Shown here: positions 50,681-61,340 of the stretch, in pieces
Layout: every line of letters begins with the position of its first letter
Position numbering within the stretch: the first letter of the stretch is position 1
Origin: Labilibaculum antarcticum
GTDB lineage: Bacteria > Bacteroidota > Bacteroidia > Bacteroidales > Marinifilaceae
Assembly: GCF_002356295.1 (NCBI RefSeq)
Contig: NZ_AP018042.1
Location: 960,361-1,024,360 of the forward strand
Direction of reading: 5' to 3'
Length of the DNA: 64,000 nucleotides
Notes under the pieces: model-generated
Database searches by the model: none
Seen by the model: only the letters and a program-made list of their open reading frames with translations
Told to the model about the DNA's origin: nothing
Translations under genes and position numbers: made by a program

Positions 50681-51013
50681 ATGAAAAAACATTTTTTTAT
50701 TATTGCACTCGTAGGTTTTATAACCTTAAATTTCAGCGCCCTAATGGCTCAGGAACAACCAGACAGAAAACCACGACAAGAGCAAGTAGAAACACTTACG
50801 ACCAAACAAATAAAAACGGTGAACAAAATTTTAGCTGATTACAATAGTGAATCTTTATCAGCAAATGATGCTAAAGCCCTTATGAAAGAAATCAAAGAGT
50901 CCAAAATTCCTGGAGGAAAAGGAGTCGAAAAAGCAATCACTGATGCAGGTTTTGATTTTGAAAAAATTAGAGAACTTGCACCCCCACCAGCAAGACCTAA
51001 TAAAAGAAGATAA
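50681..51013 (+). CDS. Small secreted protein, paralogue of the N-terminal domain of the PEBP fusion
   Basis: 110 aa with a signal peptide. The segment ETLTTKQIKTVNKILADYNSESLSANDAKALMKEIK...GFDFEKIRELAPPP aligns with residues about 45-125 of ORF 47500..48378. Confidence 0.5.
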   Translation: MKKHFFIIALVGFITLNFSALMAQEQPDRKPRQEQVETLTTKQIKTVNKILADYNSESLSANDAKALMKEIKESKIPGGKGVEKAITDAGFDFEKIRELAPPPARPNKRR

Positions 51014-51180
51014 GAATAGTAATTAGAGTAAGGGAAAATCCCAGATAGATAATTTATAAATATCGTAAGCTATTAAATTATTTATTGGGGCTTACTCGTC
51101 TGAATTATTAAAACACAAAAGCAATAAAATCATTTAGGAGCATTGTATCAGTCGTTCTTTAAAAATAGTAAATTTACAAT

Positions 51181-52251
51181 ATGAATATTTCTAAAAACAG
51201 AATAGAAAAATGCTTGCCACATATTGCTGGCTTATTACTTTTTTCCATTCTCCCACTATTTGTATTTGATGGAAATAATGACCGGGATATTTTTTGGATG
51301 TATAGCTACTATTATCAATTACTATTTATGATTGTAGCTTTCTACGTTAATTATCTAATCATTGTACCTCGTTTTTTCTTCGAAAAGAGAAAAATATATT
51401 TCTTTGGTGTCATATTGCTGTTCGCTGTTTTATTGCTTATCGCATCGCAATATCTATACGAGCTGTTACAGATAGACAGTTTGAAGCATGTAAACATGAT
51501 TGGTGGAAAAATTATGCCCCCGAAAAGGACCTTTGGTTTGCATCCTAAATTGGTCGATAATTTCTATTTAATGTTAGTTGTACTTGGTTTTAGCACTGGA
51601 ATGGCTAACATACAACGCTTAAAAAACAATGAAAATGAACAGAAAGAAATTGAAAAAGCTCGTCTTAATACTGAGTTAGCCTTTTTGAAAAATCAAATCA
51701 GTCCTCATTTCTTTTTCAATTCATTGAATAATATATATGCGCTAATTGCGATTGATGGAGATAAAGCTCAAAAAGCCGTTGAAAAATTGTCTGGGTTAAT
51801 GCGTTATTTAATCTACGAATCGGATATTAAAACTGTTGAATTAAAAAAGGAGTTTGAATTTATGCAAAACTACATTGATCTTATGCAACAAAGGCTAAGT
51901 TCAAAAATAGAATTAAATGTGAACATAGATAATAAATTGCCCATTGCAAAAATACCACCTTTGCTATTCATTCCTTTTATCGAAAATGCTTTTAAGCATG
52001 GGATAAGCTATCGCGAAAACTCATTTATTTCGATATCCCTTAAGGCTGAAAAGAATGAAATTATTTTTGAATGCACAAATAGTATTCCTCAAAACAAAAA
52101 GGAATCCGCCCACATAAAAGGTGGAATTGGCATTGTAAATATAGAAAAGCGTTTAGAACTCATTTATGGTAATCTGGCCAAGCTAAAAATAGATAAGGAC
52201 ACAAGCCAGTATATGGTTCATTTAACGATTCCATTAGAATTAGAAGTATGA
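51181..52251 (+). CDS. LytS/YehU-family sensor histidine kinase
   Basis: N-terminal multi-TM region, the His_kinase block LNTELAFLKNQISPHFFFNSLNNIYAL, and a C-terminal HATPase. Confidence 0.8.
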   Translation: MNISKNRIEKCLPHIAGLLLFSILPLFVFDGNNDRDIFWMYSYYYQLLFMIVAFYVNYLIIVPRFFFEKRKIYFFGVILLFAVLLLIASQYLYELLQIDSLKHVNMIGGKIMPPKRTFGLHPKLVDNFYLMLVVLGFSTGMANIQRLKNNENEQKEIEKARLNTELAFLKNQISPHFFFNSLNNIYALIAIDGDKAQKAVEKLSGLMRYLIYESDIKTVELKKEFEFMQNYIDLMQQRLSSKIELNVNIDNKLPIAKIPPLLFIPFIENAFKHGISYRENSFISISLKAEKNEIIFECTNSIPQNKKESAHIKGGIGIVNIEKRLELIYGNLAKLKIDKDTSQYMVHLTIPLELEV

Positions 52252-52973
52252 ACAAAATTACATGCATAGCAATTGACGATGAACCTTTAGCCTTAGGCTT
52301 AATGGTGTCTTATATCATAAAAACGCCCTATCTGGAATTGAAAGGAGAGTTCGATAATCCTATTGATGCGATGGAGTTTTTACAAGAAAATCCTGTGCAA
52401 CTGATCTTTTTAGATATTCAGATGCCTGATTTTACAGGCGTGGAATTCGCACGAACACTGAATGAAGATTGTAAAGTGATTTTCACAACGGCATACGATA
52501 AATATGCTGTAGAAGGCTTTCAACTTCATGCACTCGATTATTTGTTAAAGCCCATTAGTTATGAGGTATTCCTTACTTCTGTGAAACATGCAAAACAGCA
52601 TTTTGATTTAGTAAAATCAGTAGCTCCAACTAATTCAACTGAAACGGATGAAAACTATCTATTTGTAAAGGCAGACTACCAAATACAGCGAATTGAGTAT
52701 GATGACATTCTATATGCTGAGGGATTAAAAGATTATGTGAAATTACATACCCTAAGTTCATCGAAACCAATTGTTTTTCATGCCACAATGAAATCTCTGG
52801 AAGAAAAATTACCAACAGACAGATTTATGCGAATACATCGTTCCTATATTGTGAGCCTCGATAAAATAAAGACCATAGAGCGCGACCGCATTCTTTTTGG
52901 GAAAGAACGTATCCCAATCAGCAAGCAGTATAAAGAAGTATTTGATGAATTTATAAAAAAGAAGTTTCTTTAG
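52248..52973 (+). CDS. LytTR-family response regulator
   Basis: REC domain (IAIDDEP...FLDIQMPDFTG) and a C-terminal LytTR DNA-binding domain. Overlaps the kinase gene by 4 nt (ATGA). Confidence 0.9.
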   Translation: MNKITCIAIDDEPLALGLMVSYIIKTPYLELKGEFDNPIDAMEFLQENPVQLIFLDIQMPDFTGVEFARTLNEDCKVIFTTAYDKYAVEGFQLHALDYLLKPISYEVFLTSVKHAKQHFDLVKSVAPTNSTETDENYLFVKADYQIQRIEYDDILYAEGLKDYVKLHTLSSSKPIVFHATMKSLEEKLPTDRFMRIHRSYIVSLDKIKTIERDRILFGKERIPISKQYKEVFDEFIKKKFL

Positions 52974-53124
52974 TCTGCCTGCACAGCCAACCTAAATTAT
53001 AATTGCTTCACCGAACTTCGTTTCCTATAAATTAAAACACGGTATACAAGTCGAGTAAGCTGCCGCTAGATTATTAGCCTAGCGGGAAACTTCTCACCCC
53101 TCCTTTATATTTACATTTTCTACA

Positions 53125-53164
53125 GTAAAAAAGCGATAACCAATTACAGGCTATTGCTTTTTCT
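53125..53164. terminator. Bidirectional terminator, second copy of the AGCGATAACC-aattac-GGCTATTGC hairpin
   Basis: The sequence aaaaaagcgataaccaattacaggctattgctttttct lies between convergent lytTR and ilvA. Confidence 0.6.
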
Positions 53165-53184
53165 GATTGTTATCAACTAAAGTT

Positions 53185-54444
53185 TCAGACTATGAACTGA
53201 AACAAATCCGTTTTATCGTTCAGGTATTTAAAAATAAAGTTACGCTCGGTCATTCGTTGTTTCAGACGCTGTAAATCGGAAGGATTTTGCACTTCGATTC
53301 CGATCACTGCCGGGCCTTTCTCACGGCTGCTCTTTTTGTAATACTCGAAATGTGTGATGTCGTCACCAGGACTTAATACATCGTTTACAAATTCTTTTAA
53401 AGCGCCTGAACGTTGTGGAAAACGAACCATGAAATAGTGCTTTAAACCTTCATATAAGAGACTTCTTTCTTTGATTTCCTCCATTCGGGTAATGTCGTTG
53501 TTGCTTCCACTTAGTACGCAAACCACATTCTTCCCTTTTATTTCTTTTTTCATTAATTGTAAAGCGGCAATAGACAAGGCTCCTGCAGGCTCAGCCACAA
53601 TTGCATCCTCATTGTACATCTGTAAAATGGTTGAGCAGATCAACCCCTCGGGAACAACCAGAATCCGATCCAGAACCTTTTCACATATTTTCCAGGTGAG
53701 ATCGCCCACTTTTCTTACGGCAGCACCATCTACAAATCGGTCGATAGTATCCAAAGCTACATTGTCCTTTTTTTCAAATGCCATTTTCATGGAAGCAGCA
53801 CCTTCGGGCTCAACACCAATAATTTTTGTATTCGGACTAAATTCTTTAAACCATGCTCCCACTCCGGAAGCCAAACCACCTCCGCCAATTGGCAAAAACA
53901 GATAATCGATGGGGTCATTAAATTGCTGCAGAATTTCCAAACCAATGGTTCCTTGTCCTTCTATTATTTTGGGATCATCAAACGGATGAATAATGGCTTG
54001 TCCAAGCTCTTTGGCATCTGCATTTGCCTTTGCCGAGGCATCATCAAAAGTATCACCGGTAAGGATGACTTCCACCTGATCACCACCAAACATTTTCACT
54101 TGCTTAATTTTCTGACGAGGAGTTGTTTCGGGCATGTATATTTTCCCGAAACATTTTAGTTTATTGCAGGAATATGCGACTCCCTGAGCATGATTACCCG
54201 CACTTGCACACACAATTCCTTTGGCTAGAACCTCTTTCGAAAGACTGGATATTTTATTGTAAGCTCCTCTGATTTTATAAGAACGAACCAATTGCAGATC
54301 CTCCCTTTTCAGATGGATGTTCGCTTTGTATTTAGATGATAAATTCAAGTTTTTAAGCAAAGGAGTTTCAAACACAACCTCCTGAACCAACTTACTCGCT
54401 TTTACGATATCCGCCATAAGCGGATAATAATTTTCTTTTGACAT
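53185..54444 (-). CDS. ilvA: Threonine ammonia-lyase (threonine dehydratase, biosynthetic type with one ACT-like regulatory domain)
   Basis: 419 aa. PLP-lysine block SYKIRGA, glycine-rich loop GGGGLASG and a C-terminal regulatory domain. Last gene of the branched-chain amino-acid operon. Confidence 0.85.
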   Translation of the reverse strand: MSKENYYPLMADIVKASKLVQEVVFETPLLKNLNLSSKYKANIHLKREDLQLVRSYKIRGAYNKISSLSKEVLAKGIVCASAGNHAQGVAYSCNKLKCFGKIYMPETTPRQKIKQVKMFGGDQVEVILTGDTFDDASAKANADAKELGQAIIHPFDDPKIIEGQGTIGLEILQQFNDPIDYLFLPIGGGGLASGVGAWFKEFSPNTKIIGVEPEGAASMKMAFEKKDNVALDTIDRFVDGAAVRKVGDLTWKICEKVLDRILVVPEGLICSTILQMYNEDAIVAEPAGALSIAALQLMKKEIKGKNVVCVLSGSNNDITRMEEIKERSLLYEGLKHYFMVRFPQRSGALKEFVNDVLSPGDDITHFEYYKKSSREKGPAVIGIEVQNPSDLQRLKQRMTERNFIFKYLNDKTDLFQFIV

Positions 54445-54469
54445 GACTCCCCCTTTTTCTATATAAAAT

Positions 54470-54510
54470 AAATAAGCCTGAAAGTAACCAATTCCTTCAG
54501 GCTTATTTTT
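54470..54510 (-). terminator. Intrinsic terminator between leuB and ilvA
   Basis: Stem AAGCCTGAA/TTCAGGCTT with U-rich flanks. On the gene strand it is followed by an unusual GGGGGAG purine tract about 8 nt before the ilvA ATG. Confidence 0.5.
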
Positions 54511-54528
54511 ACTTATGATGTGTATTAA

Positions 54529-55599
54529 CTAAGCATTCTTAATGTAATTGGCCAACCAATCTCCAACTTCACTCGTTGAGTAAGCTTTTTTACCGTCAGC
54601 AATATCTTCAGTAACAATACCAGCTTCCAATGATTTATCAACTGCTTCACGAATCAAAGCGCCTTCTTTCATCAAAGCAAATGCATACTCGAACATCATG
54701 GCAGCGGATAGAACTGTGGCACAAGGATTGGCAATGTTTTTACCTGCAGCTTGAGGATAAGAACCATGAATTGGCTCAAATACTGAAGTGTGAACGCCAA
54801 CAGATGCAGAAGGTAACATTCCCATAGAACCTGAAATTACACTCGCCTCATCGGTAAGTATATCACCAAACATATTTTCGGTTACCATTACATCGAAACG
54901 TTTTGGCCAGGTAATTAACTGCATCGCAGCATTATCAACAAACATGTATTCTACTTCAATTTCAGGAAATTCAGGCTCAATTCTTTGAGAAACTTCTCTC
55001 CACAATCTTGATGTAGCCAATACATTTGCCTTATCGACAATGGTTAATTTTTTGCGGCGTTTTCCTGCATACTCAAATCCCAAACGAACAATTCGTTCAA
55101 TTTCATCTGCAGAATAAACACAAGTATCGTAAGCTGTTTGTCCATCTTCCGAACGTCCTTGCGGACGACCAAAATAAATTCCTCCGGTTAGTTCACGAAT
55201 GCACATAAAATCAGCACCGTCAACCAATTCAGTTTTCAATGGCGACTTATGAATCAATGACTTAAAGGTCGTTACAGGACGAAGATTAGCATACAAGCCC
55301 AATTTTTTACGCATAGCAAGCAAACCTTGCTCCGGACGAACTTTTGCAGTAGGGTCATTATCGAATCGAGGATGTCCAATTGCACCAAATAAAACCGCAT
55401 CCGAATTCATACACAACTCATGCGTTTCATCAGGATAAGGATTACCAACTTTATCAATTGCCACAGCTCCAACAAGAGCTTCTGTATATTCAAAATCATG
55501 TCCGAATTTTTGAACAATTGCATCTGTTACTTTTCTTGCTTGTGCTACGATTTCCGGTCCGATTCCGTCTCCGGCTAATACTGCTATTTTGTACGTCAT
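54529..55599 (-). CDS. leuB: 3-isopropylmalate dehydrogenase
   Basis: 356 aa with isocitrate/isopropylmalate dehydrogenase family blocks ([22 protein letters not shown]). Confidence 0.9.
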   Translation of the reverse strand: MTYKIAVLAGDGIGPEIVAQARKVTDAIVQKFGHDFEYTEALVGAVAIDKVGNPYPDETHELCMNSDAVLFGAIGHPRFDNDPTAKVRPEQGLLAMRKKLGLYANLRPVTTFKSLIHKSPLKTELVDGADFMCIRELTGGIYFGRPQGRSEDGQTAYDTCVYSADEIERIVRLGFEYAGKRRKKLTIVDKANVLATSRLWREVSQRIEPEFPEIEVEYMFVDNAAMQLITWPKRFDVMVTENMFGDILTDEASVISGSMGMLPSASVGVHTSVFEPIHGSYPQAAGKNIANPCATVLSAAMMFEYAFALMKEGALIREAVDKSLEAGIVTEDIADGKKAYSTSEVGDWLANYIKNA

Positions 55600-55616
55600 T
55601 TTATGATATGATCTTT

Positions 55617-55634
55617 AGATATCAGATTTGAGAA
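55617..55634 (-). promoter_or_regulatory. Conserved 18-nt intergenic element (gene strand CTCAAATCTGATATCTAAA) 14 nt upstream of the leuB ATG
   Basis: The same element occurs twice in tandem upstream of the ilvC ATG (62405-62448). Confidence 0.4.
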
Positions 55635-55674
55635 AATTTAACTTTATCAAAATCCAATTACACATTTTAAGTTT

Positions 55675-57240
55675 TTATTTATTGTTATCTGATAATTGCC
55701 CTGCGAGTACATTGTCATGTTGCTCAATCAAATTCAGCATTCGAAGAGTCGCCTTTATTGCGGCTTCGATCTGATCTGGATCCAATCCCCGGGTTTTAAA
55801 TTCCTTTCCCTTATAATTCCATGCAATAAAAGCTTCTACAAGAGCATCTGACTTTCCTCCCGGAGGAATTCGAACCAAGTAGTCGGTAAGTATTGGTCGA
55901 TTTCTACCCAATTTGTCATAAATGCTCCAAATGGCATTCATAAAAGCATCGTATTGACCATCGCCAGAAGATGTTCCTTCGTACATTTTCCCATTTACTT
56001 CTAAATTAATAGAAACAAAGGGTCGCATTCCTTTGGATAAAGACAAGGAATAATGTTTGATCTGAATTGGCATCTCATCCATTGTCTGATTCAAAACATC
56101 AGAAACGATGTAAGGTAAATCGTCTATGGTAACCACTTCTTTTTTATCACCCAATTCGATTACCCGCTGTGTAACCAGTTTCATAGTTTCTTCTTCCAGG
56201 GTAATTCCCAGCTCCTCCAAATTCTTTTTAATGTTCGCCTTACCAGATGTTTTACCAAGCGCATATTTGCGTTCACGGCCAAATCTTTCGGGCATCAAAC
56301 GATTAAAATACAAACCATCCTTTGAATCCCCATCGGCATGAACACCGCAGGTTTGTGTGAAAACATTCTCTCCTACTAAAGGCTTATTTCTAGGAATCCG
56401 AATTCCTGAAAAAGTCTCTACAATTTTACTTACTATATTAATTTTGTTCTCATCTACATTTATTTTTCGGGACAAATGATCGTTTATCACTCCTATTACA
56501 GAAGCTAAAGGAGCATTTCCTGCTCTTTCACCTAAACCATTCACTGTTGTATGAATGCCATTCATTCCAGCTAAAATTGAAGAATAAACATTCGCCACAG
56601 CCAAGTCATAATCATTATGAGCATGAAAATCGAGATGCAGTTTTGGATACCTTTCGCGACAAGCATAACAAAAATCGAAAGACTGAACCTGATTCAATAT
56701 TCCCAAAGTATCGGGTAACATAAAACGCTGAATGTTTTCATGTTGAAGCTCATCCATCAAATACCAAACGTAATCTCTTGAAGAAATCATCCCATTCGAC
56801 CAATCCTCAAGATATAGGTTTACCTTGATACCTAGATTTGATGCATAGGTCACAGCATCTTTTATATCCTGAACATGCTGTCCGGGTGATTTTTTCAGCT
56901 GTCCCTTTAAATGCTTTAATGAACCTTTCGACAGCAAATTTACTACTCTTGCTCCACTTGCGTGAATCCAATCAAGAGAAGCAGTTCCATCAATAAAACC
57001 CAGGACTTCAATCTTGTCCAGACAATCGTTTTCTTCTGCCCACTTGGTAATTCGCTTTACTGCTTGAAATTCTCCTTCAGATACTCTTGCTGAGGCTACC
57101 TCTATCCGATCGACTTTTAGGGATTGCAACAATAATTTTGCAACGCCTAACTTTTCCTCGGAATTAAAGCTTACTCCAGAAGTTTGTTCCCCATCCCGAA
57201 GAGTGGTGTCCATTATTTCTAAGCTACGCAGGTCGTTCAT
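55675..57240 (-). CDS. LeuA-family 2-isopropylmalate synthase paralogue, probably (R)-citramalate synthase
   Basis: 521 aa. N-terminal DRE-TIM metallolyase block [13 protein letters not shown], HxH metal site and a C-terminal LeuA-dimer regulatory domain. It is a second LeuA-family gene in the operon. Confidence 0.7.
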   Translation of the reverse strand: MNDLRSLEIMDTTLRDGEQTSGVSFNSEEKLGVAKLLLQSLKVDRIEVASARVSEGEFQAVKRITKWAEENDCLDKIEVLGFIDGTASLDWIHASGARVVNLLSKGSLKHLKGQLKKSPGQHVQDIKDAVTYASNLGIKVNLYLEDWSNGMISSRDYVWYLMDELQHENIQRFMLPDTLGILNQVQSFDFCYACRERYPKLHLDFHAHNDYDLAVANVYSSILAGMNGIHTTVNGLGERAGNAPLASVIGVINDHLSRKINVDENKINIVSKIVETFSGIRIPRNKPLVGENVFTQTCGVHADGDSKDGLYFNRLMPERFGRERKYALGKTSGKANIKKNLEELGITLEEETMKLVTQRVIELGDKKEVVTIDDLPYIVSDVLNQTMDEMPIQIKHYSLSLSKGMRPFVSINLEVNGKMYEGTSSGDGQYDAFMNAIWSIYDKLGRNRPILTDYLVRIPPGGKSDALVEAFIAWNYKGKEFKTRGLDPDQIEAAIKATLRMLNLIEQHDNVLAGQLSDNNK

Positions 57241-57251
57241 CTTTGCTTATT

Positions 57252-57878
57252 CTATTTGTTATTAGCTTCAAAAGCCTCTATCTTTTCTTTTCTTGCGAGA
57301 AGGAAATCGATATCATCGAATCCATTCAACAAGCAATTTTTCTTGTAAGGATTAATTACAAAACTTTCGCTTTCTCCATTCAAGCTGATGCTTTGCTTCT
57401 CCAAATCAACTACGATTTTTTGTTCCTTATTTTTCTCTACAGCTTCGAATATATTCACTAAAAATTTAGGCGAAACAATAACCGGAAGCACTCCGTTATT
57501 CAAGGCATTATTTTGGAAAATATCAGCAAAGAAACTACTCACAACAACTTTAAAACCGTAATCGTGAATTGCCCATGCTGCATGTTCTCTTGATGAACCA
57601 CTTCCGAAATTCTTTCCTCCAACTAAAATTTCTCCTGAATATTCTGATTTATTCAAAACAAAATCTGCGTTCTCTTTTCCATCAGAATTGTATCTCCAGT
57701 CACGGAAAAGATTTTCCCCAAATCCATCGCGGCTTGTCGCCTTTAAGAAACGTGCAGGAATAATTTGATCTGTATCCACATTTTCAACAGGAAGCGGTAC
57801 ATATGTCGATTCCAATGTGGTAAATTTATCTATTGGCATACTTTTATTTTTTATATGTGACAATTGCAATAGAACCAA
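57252..57878 (-). CDS. leuD: 3-isopropylmalate dehydratase small subunit
   Basis: Aconitase swivel-domain blocks. The true start is probably [10 protein letters not shown] at 57839. Confidence 0.85.
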   Translation of the reverse strand: MVLLQLSHIKNKSMPIDKFTTLESTYVPLPVENVDTDQIIPARFLKATSRDGFGENLFRDWRYNSDGKENADFVLNKSEYSGEILVGGKNFGSGSSREHAAWAIHDYGFKVVVSSFFADIFQNNALNNGVLPVIVSPKFLVNIFEAVEKNKEQKIVVDLEKQSISLNGESESFVINPYKKNCLLNGFDDIDFLLARKEKIEAFEANNK

Positions 57879-57908
57879 TTAAAGTCTAATACAATTGCTA
57901 CGCTTGGA

Positions 57909-59309
57909 TTAAAACAATTCTCTTGGATCAGAAACAACTCCTGTTATTGCAGCAGCTGCAGCTGTAAGCGGACTGGCCAACATTGTTCTTGCTCCAGGTC
58001 CCTGTCTTCCTTCAAAATTTCTATTTGATGTAGAAACGCTATATTTTCCTGCTGGAATTTTATCATCGTTCATGGCCAAACATGCAGAACATCCAGGCTG
58101 ACGCATTTTAAATCCTGCTTCCTCCAAAATCTCAACCAAACCTTCTTCTATGGCCTGTTTTTCGACTTGCTTTGAGCCAGGAACAATCCATGCAGTAACT
58201 GAATCTGCTTTTTTCTTTCCTTTTACTGCAGAGGCTAACATTCTAAGATCTTCGATACGACCATTGGTACAGCTACCCACAAAAACGTAATCTACTTTCT
58301 TTCCTATCAATTTGTCACCCAAACCGAAGCCCATATAGTGCAACGACTTTTTGAAAGTTGGCAATTCTGTTGGATCTATATCTTTCTCTGAAGGAATGCA
58401 TCCTGAAATTCCAATTCCCATTCCAGGATTGGTTCCATAAGTAAGCATTGGTTCGATATCTGAAGCTTTGTACGCATACTCCTTATCAAATTTAGCTCCG
58501 TCATCGGTTTTCAATTTTTTCCATTTGGCAAGCGCTTTGGTCCAATCTTCACCTTTTGGTGCAAATTCACGACCTTCCACATAATCAAAAGTTGTTTGGT
58601 CTGGCGCAATCATTCCGCCACGAGCTCCCATTTCGATGCTCATATTACAAACAGTCATACGAGCTTCCATGCTCAAAGCACGAACCGCCGATCCTGCATA
58701 TTCAACAAAATATCCCGTTGCTCCGCCTGTTCCCAATTGCGCAATCACATAAAGTGTAAGATCTTTTGCCGTAACGCCTTTTTGCAATTCACCATCAATA
58801 GTAATCAGCATTTTTTTAGGTTTCGGCTGCAAAATACACTGTGTTGCGAAAACCATTTCCACTTCCGAAGTACCAATACCAAAAGCAACAGCTCCAAAAG
58901 CACCGTGTGTTGAAGTATGACTATCACCACAAACTAAAGTCATTCCCGGTTGGGTATGTCCCAGTTCTGGTCCTACAACATGAACAATTCCATTGTAAGG
59001 ATGATTCAGGCCGTAAAGTGTAATGTCATTTTTCTCACAGTTCGCAATTAAAGTCTCAACTTGCTTTCTCGACAATTCATCCTTAATCGTTAAGTGCTGA
59101 TTTTCAGTCGGAATATTGTGATCGGGAGTTGCAATAGTATTTTCAGGTCGAAAAACTTTCATTCCTCTTGCCTCTAATCCCGAAAATGCCTGAGGACTAG
59201 TAACCTCATGAATCAAATGCTTGTCAATATAAAATACACTAGGACCTCCATCAATTGTCTCAACTACGTGAGCATCCCAAACTTTATCAAATAGTGTTTT
59301 TGGTTCCAT
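57909..59309 (-). CDS. leuC: 3-isopropylmalate dehydratase large subunit
   Basis: 466 aa with the aconitase-family Fe-S cysteines (GSCTNGR, PGCSAC/MND). Confidence 0.9.
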   Translation of the reverse strand: MEPKTLFDKVWDAHVVETIDGGPSVFYIDKHLIHEVTSPQAFSGLEARGMKVFRPENTIATPDHNIPTENQHLTIKDELSRKQVETLIANCEKNDITLYGLNHPYNGIVHVVGPELGHTQPGMTLVCGDSHTSTHGAFGAVAFGIGTSEVEMVFATQCILQPKPKKMLITIDGELQKGVTAKDLTLYVIAQLGTGGATGYFVEYAGSAVRALSMEARMTVCNMSIEMGARGGMIAPDQTTFDYVEGREFAPKGEDWTKALAKWKKLKTDDGAKFDKEYAYKASDIEPMLTYGTNPGMGIGISGCIPSEKDIDPTELPTFKKSLHYMGFGLGDKLIGKKVDYVFVGSCTNGRIEDLRMLASAVKGKKKADSVTAWIVPGSKQVEKQAIEEGLVEILEEAGFKMRQPGCSACLAMNDDKIPAGKYSVSTSNRNFEGRQGPGARTMLASPLTAAAAAITGVVSDPRELF

Positions 59310-59360
59310 ATAACTCTTTTAATACGATTATGTATTTGAATATTTTTTACTAAATATGTT

Positions 59361-60854
59361 TTATATTATTTTGGAAAGTGCATCAGCCAAAGCTTCTACT
59401 GAAGCCGTAATGATATCAACATTTGCACCAAAACCATAATGAACACGCCCCTTGTGTTCAACCTGAACGTGAACTTTTCCTAAATCATTACTTCCGCGAG
59501 TAAGAGCCTGAACAAGAAATTCGCCCAATGTAAATTCCTGTTCTATGAGTTTTTTAACTGCATTAAAACAAGCATCAATAGGTCCATTTCCTTCCGCAGT
59601 TGCCGCACAACTCACCCCTTTAATTTTCAAATGTACAATTGCCATCGGCAGGGTCGATTTACCTGAAACGACCTGTAGTAATTCCAATTCCACTGATTTT
59701 TGTAGATCATTGGCATCACCCATTAATTCCGAAAGATCTTTTTCACTCAAATTCTTTTTCTGATCAGCTACCACTAAGAATCTATTATAAGTATCATCTA
59801 ACTGTTCTTTAGTTAATGTATAACCCATTTGACTTAGGTGATGATTTAATGCAGCACGACCGCTTCTGGCTGTTAAAACAATTGCCGATTCCTTAATCCC
59901 AACATCAACAGGATCGATAATTTCGTAATTCTCTCTATTTTTCAAGACTCCATCCTGGTGAATTCCTGATGAATGAGCAAATGCATTTCTTCCAACAATG
60001 GCTTTATTTGCCTGAACAGGCATGTTCATTAAAGAAGAAACCAAACGACTCGCATCAAAAATTCCCTGACTATTAATATTGGTATGAAAAGGCAAACCAT
60101 GATGAGTCTTGATAGCCATCACAACCTCTTCCAATGCAGTATTTCCTGCTCGTTCTCCAATTCCGTTTACGGTAACCTCTACCTGACGAGCTCCATTAAG
60201 AACACCGCTTAAAGAATTAGCAGTAGCCATTCCTAAATCATTATGGCAATGAGTTGATAAAATTGCTTTGTGAACGTTGGAAACATTTTCCATTAAGTAC
60301 TTTATTTTAGCACCATATTCTCCTGGAAGGCAATATCCTGTTGTATCAGGAATATTAATAACTGTAGCTCCGGCCTTAATAACCGCTTCAACTACGCGGG
60401 CTAAATATTCATTATCCGAACGACCGGCATCTTCAGCATAAAACTCAACATCCTCGACATAACGCTTGGCATATTTTACCGCACGAACAGCACGATCAAG
60501 TATCTCATCTGGATTCGAATTTAATTTTGATTTTATGTGATAAGGAGAAGTACCTATTCCGGTATGAATTCTCCCTCTTTTTGCAAATTTAAGAGCCTCG
60601 GCAGCAACATCAATATCCTTTTCAACAGCACGGGTAAGCGCGCAAATAATAGGATTACTAACCGCTTTGGATATTTCGACAACTGAATTAAAATCCCCTG
60701 GACTTGAAACTGGAAATCCTGCTTCGATAACATCCACTCCCAAAGCTTCAAGAGTCCTGGCAACTTCAATTTTCTCAATTGTATTCAACTGACAGCCGGG
60801 AACTTGTTCACCATCTCTAAGTGTGGTATCGAAAATAAATATTTTATCACTCAT
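59361..60854 (-). CDS. leuA: 2-isopropylmalate synthase
   Basis: 497 aa. [25 protein letters not shown] and a C-terminal regulatory domain. Confidence 0.9.
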   Translation of the reverse strand: MSDKIFIFDTTLRDGEQVPGCQLNTIEKIEVARTLEALGVDVIEAGFPVSSPGDFNSVVEISKAVSNPIICALTRAVEKDIDVAAEALKFAKRGRIHTGIGTSPYHIKSKLNSNPDEILDRAVRAVKYAKRYVEDVEFYAEDAGRSDNEYLARVVEAVIKAGATVINIPDTTGYCLPGEYGAKIKYLMENVSNVHKAILSTHCHNDLGMATANSLSGVLNGARQVEVTVNGIGERAGNTALEEVVMAIKTHHGLPFHTNINSQGIFDASRLVSSLMNMPVQANKAIVGRNAFAHSSGIHQDGVLKNRENYEIIDPVDVGIKESAIVLTARSGRAALNHHLSQMGYTLTKEQLDDTYNRFLVVADQKKNLSEKDLSELMGDANDLQKSVELELLQVVSGKSTLPMAIVHLKIKGVSCAATAEGNGPIDACFNAVKKLIEQEFTLGEFLVQALTRGSNDLGKVHVQVEHKGRVHYGFGANVDIITASVEALADALSKII

Positions 60855-60896
60855 TGTATTTGTGTTTTTACGTATGCCTTTACTAGTGTTTGCTGC

Positions 60897-60926
60897 AAAA
60901 AAAAATTCCTCCTGTCTTTGGAAGAA
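60897..60926 (-). terminator. Candidate attenuator terminator in the leuA leader
   Basis: Gene-strand RNA is UUCUUCC-AAAGACA-GGAGGAA followed by 9 U. It lies about 40 nt upstream of the leuA ATG and about 35 nt downstream of the leader ORF stop. Confidence 0.4.
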
Positions 60927-60958
60927 CCTTGTATCATAACCTCACCTTAGTTAGAATA

Positions 60959-61039
60959 TTAAACAGAGTTCCTTGTTGATTCTCCAATAATGAGATCAAT
61001 AATCAGGTTTAAACCATTAAGAATACTTTCATAAATCAT
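60959..61039 (-). promoter_or_regulatory. Candidate leader peptide ORF (26 aa, MIYESILNGLNLIIDLIIGESTRNSV) for attenuation control of the leu genes
   Basis: Small ORF with 6 Ile and 4 Leu, including the run L-I-I-D-L-I-I, directly upstream of the putative terminator and leuA. Confidence 0.35.
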
Positions 61040-61340
61040 CTTACTAAAGTTTGGTGTTAATTCAGAATAGCAGGAGAAATCTCCCAATCCTCAACAAACC
61101 TAAAAACTTAAGGCCTTTAGGAAAAACAATTATTCAATTACAACTACGATATTCAAACCAATTCAAATACATCCACAGAAACACAAACACCTGTCAGTCT
61201 ATGAATTACAATAAGATTAATTTTCGGGAAAATGGGATAGCCAACAAGTGGTTAAAAGCTCCCTAAAACCAATATTATTGTCTTATTTAATGATGAAATC
61301 GGATTGAATCAAGTCCAACCCAATTTCATCACTATATTAT

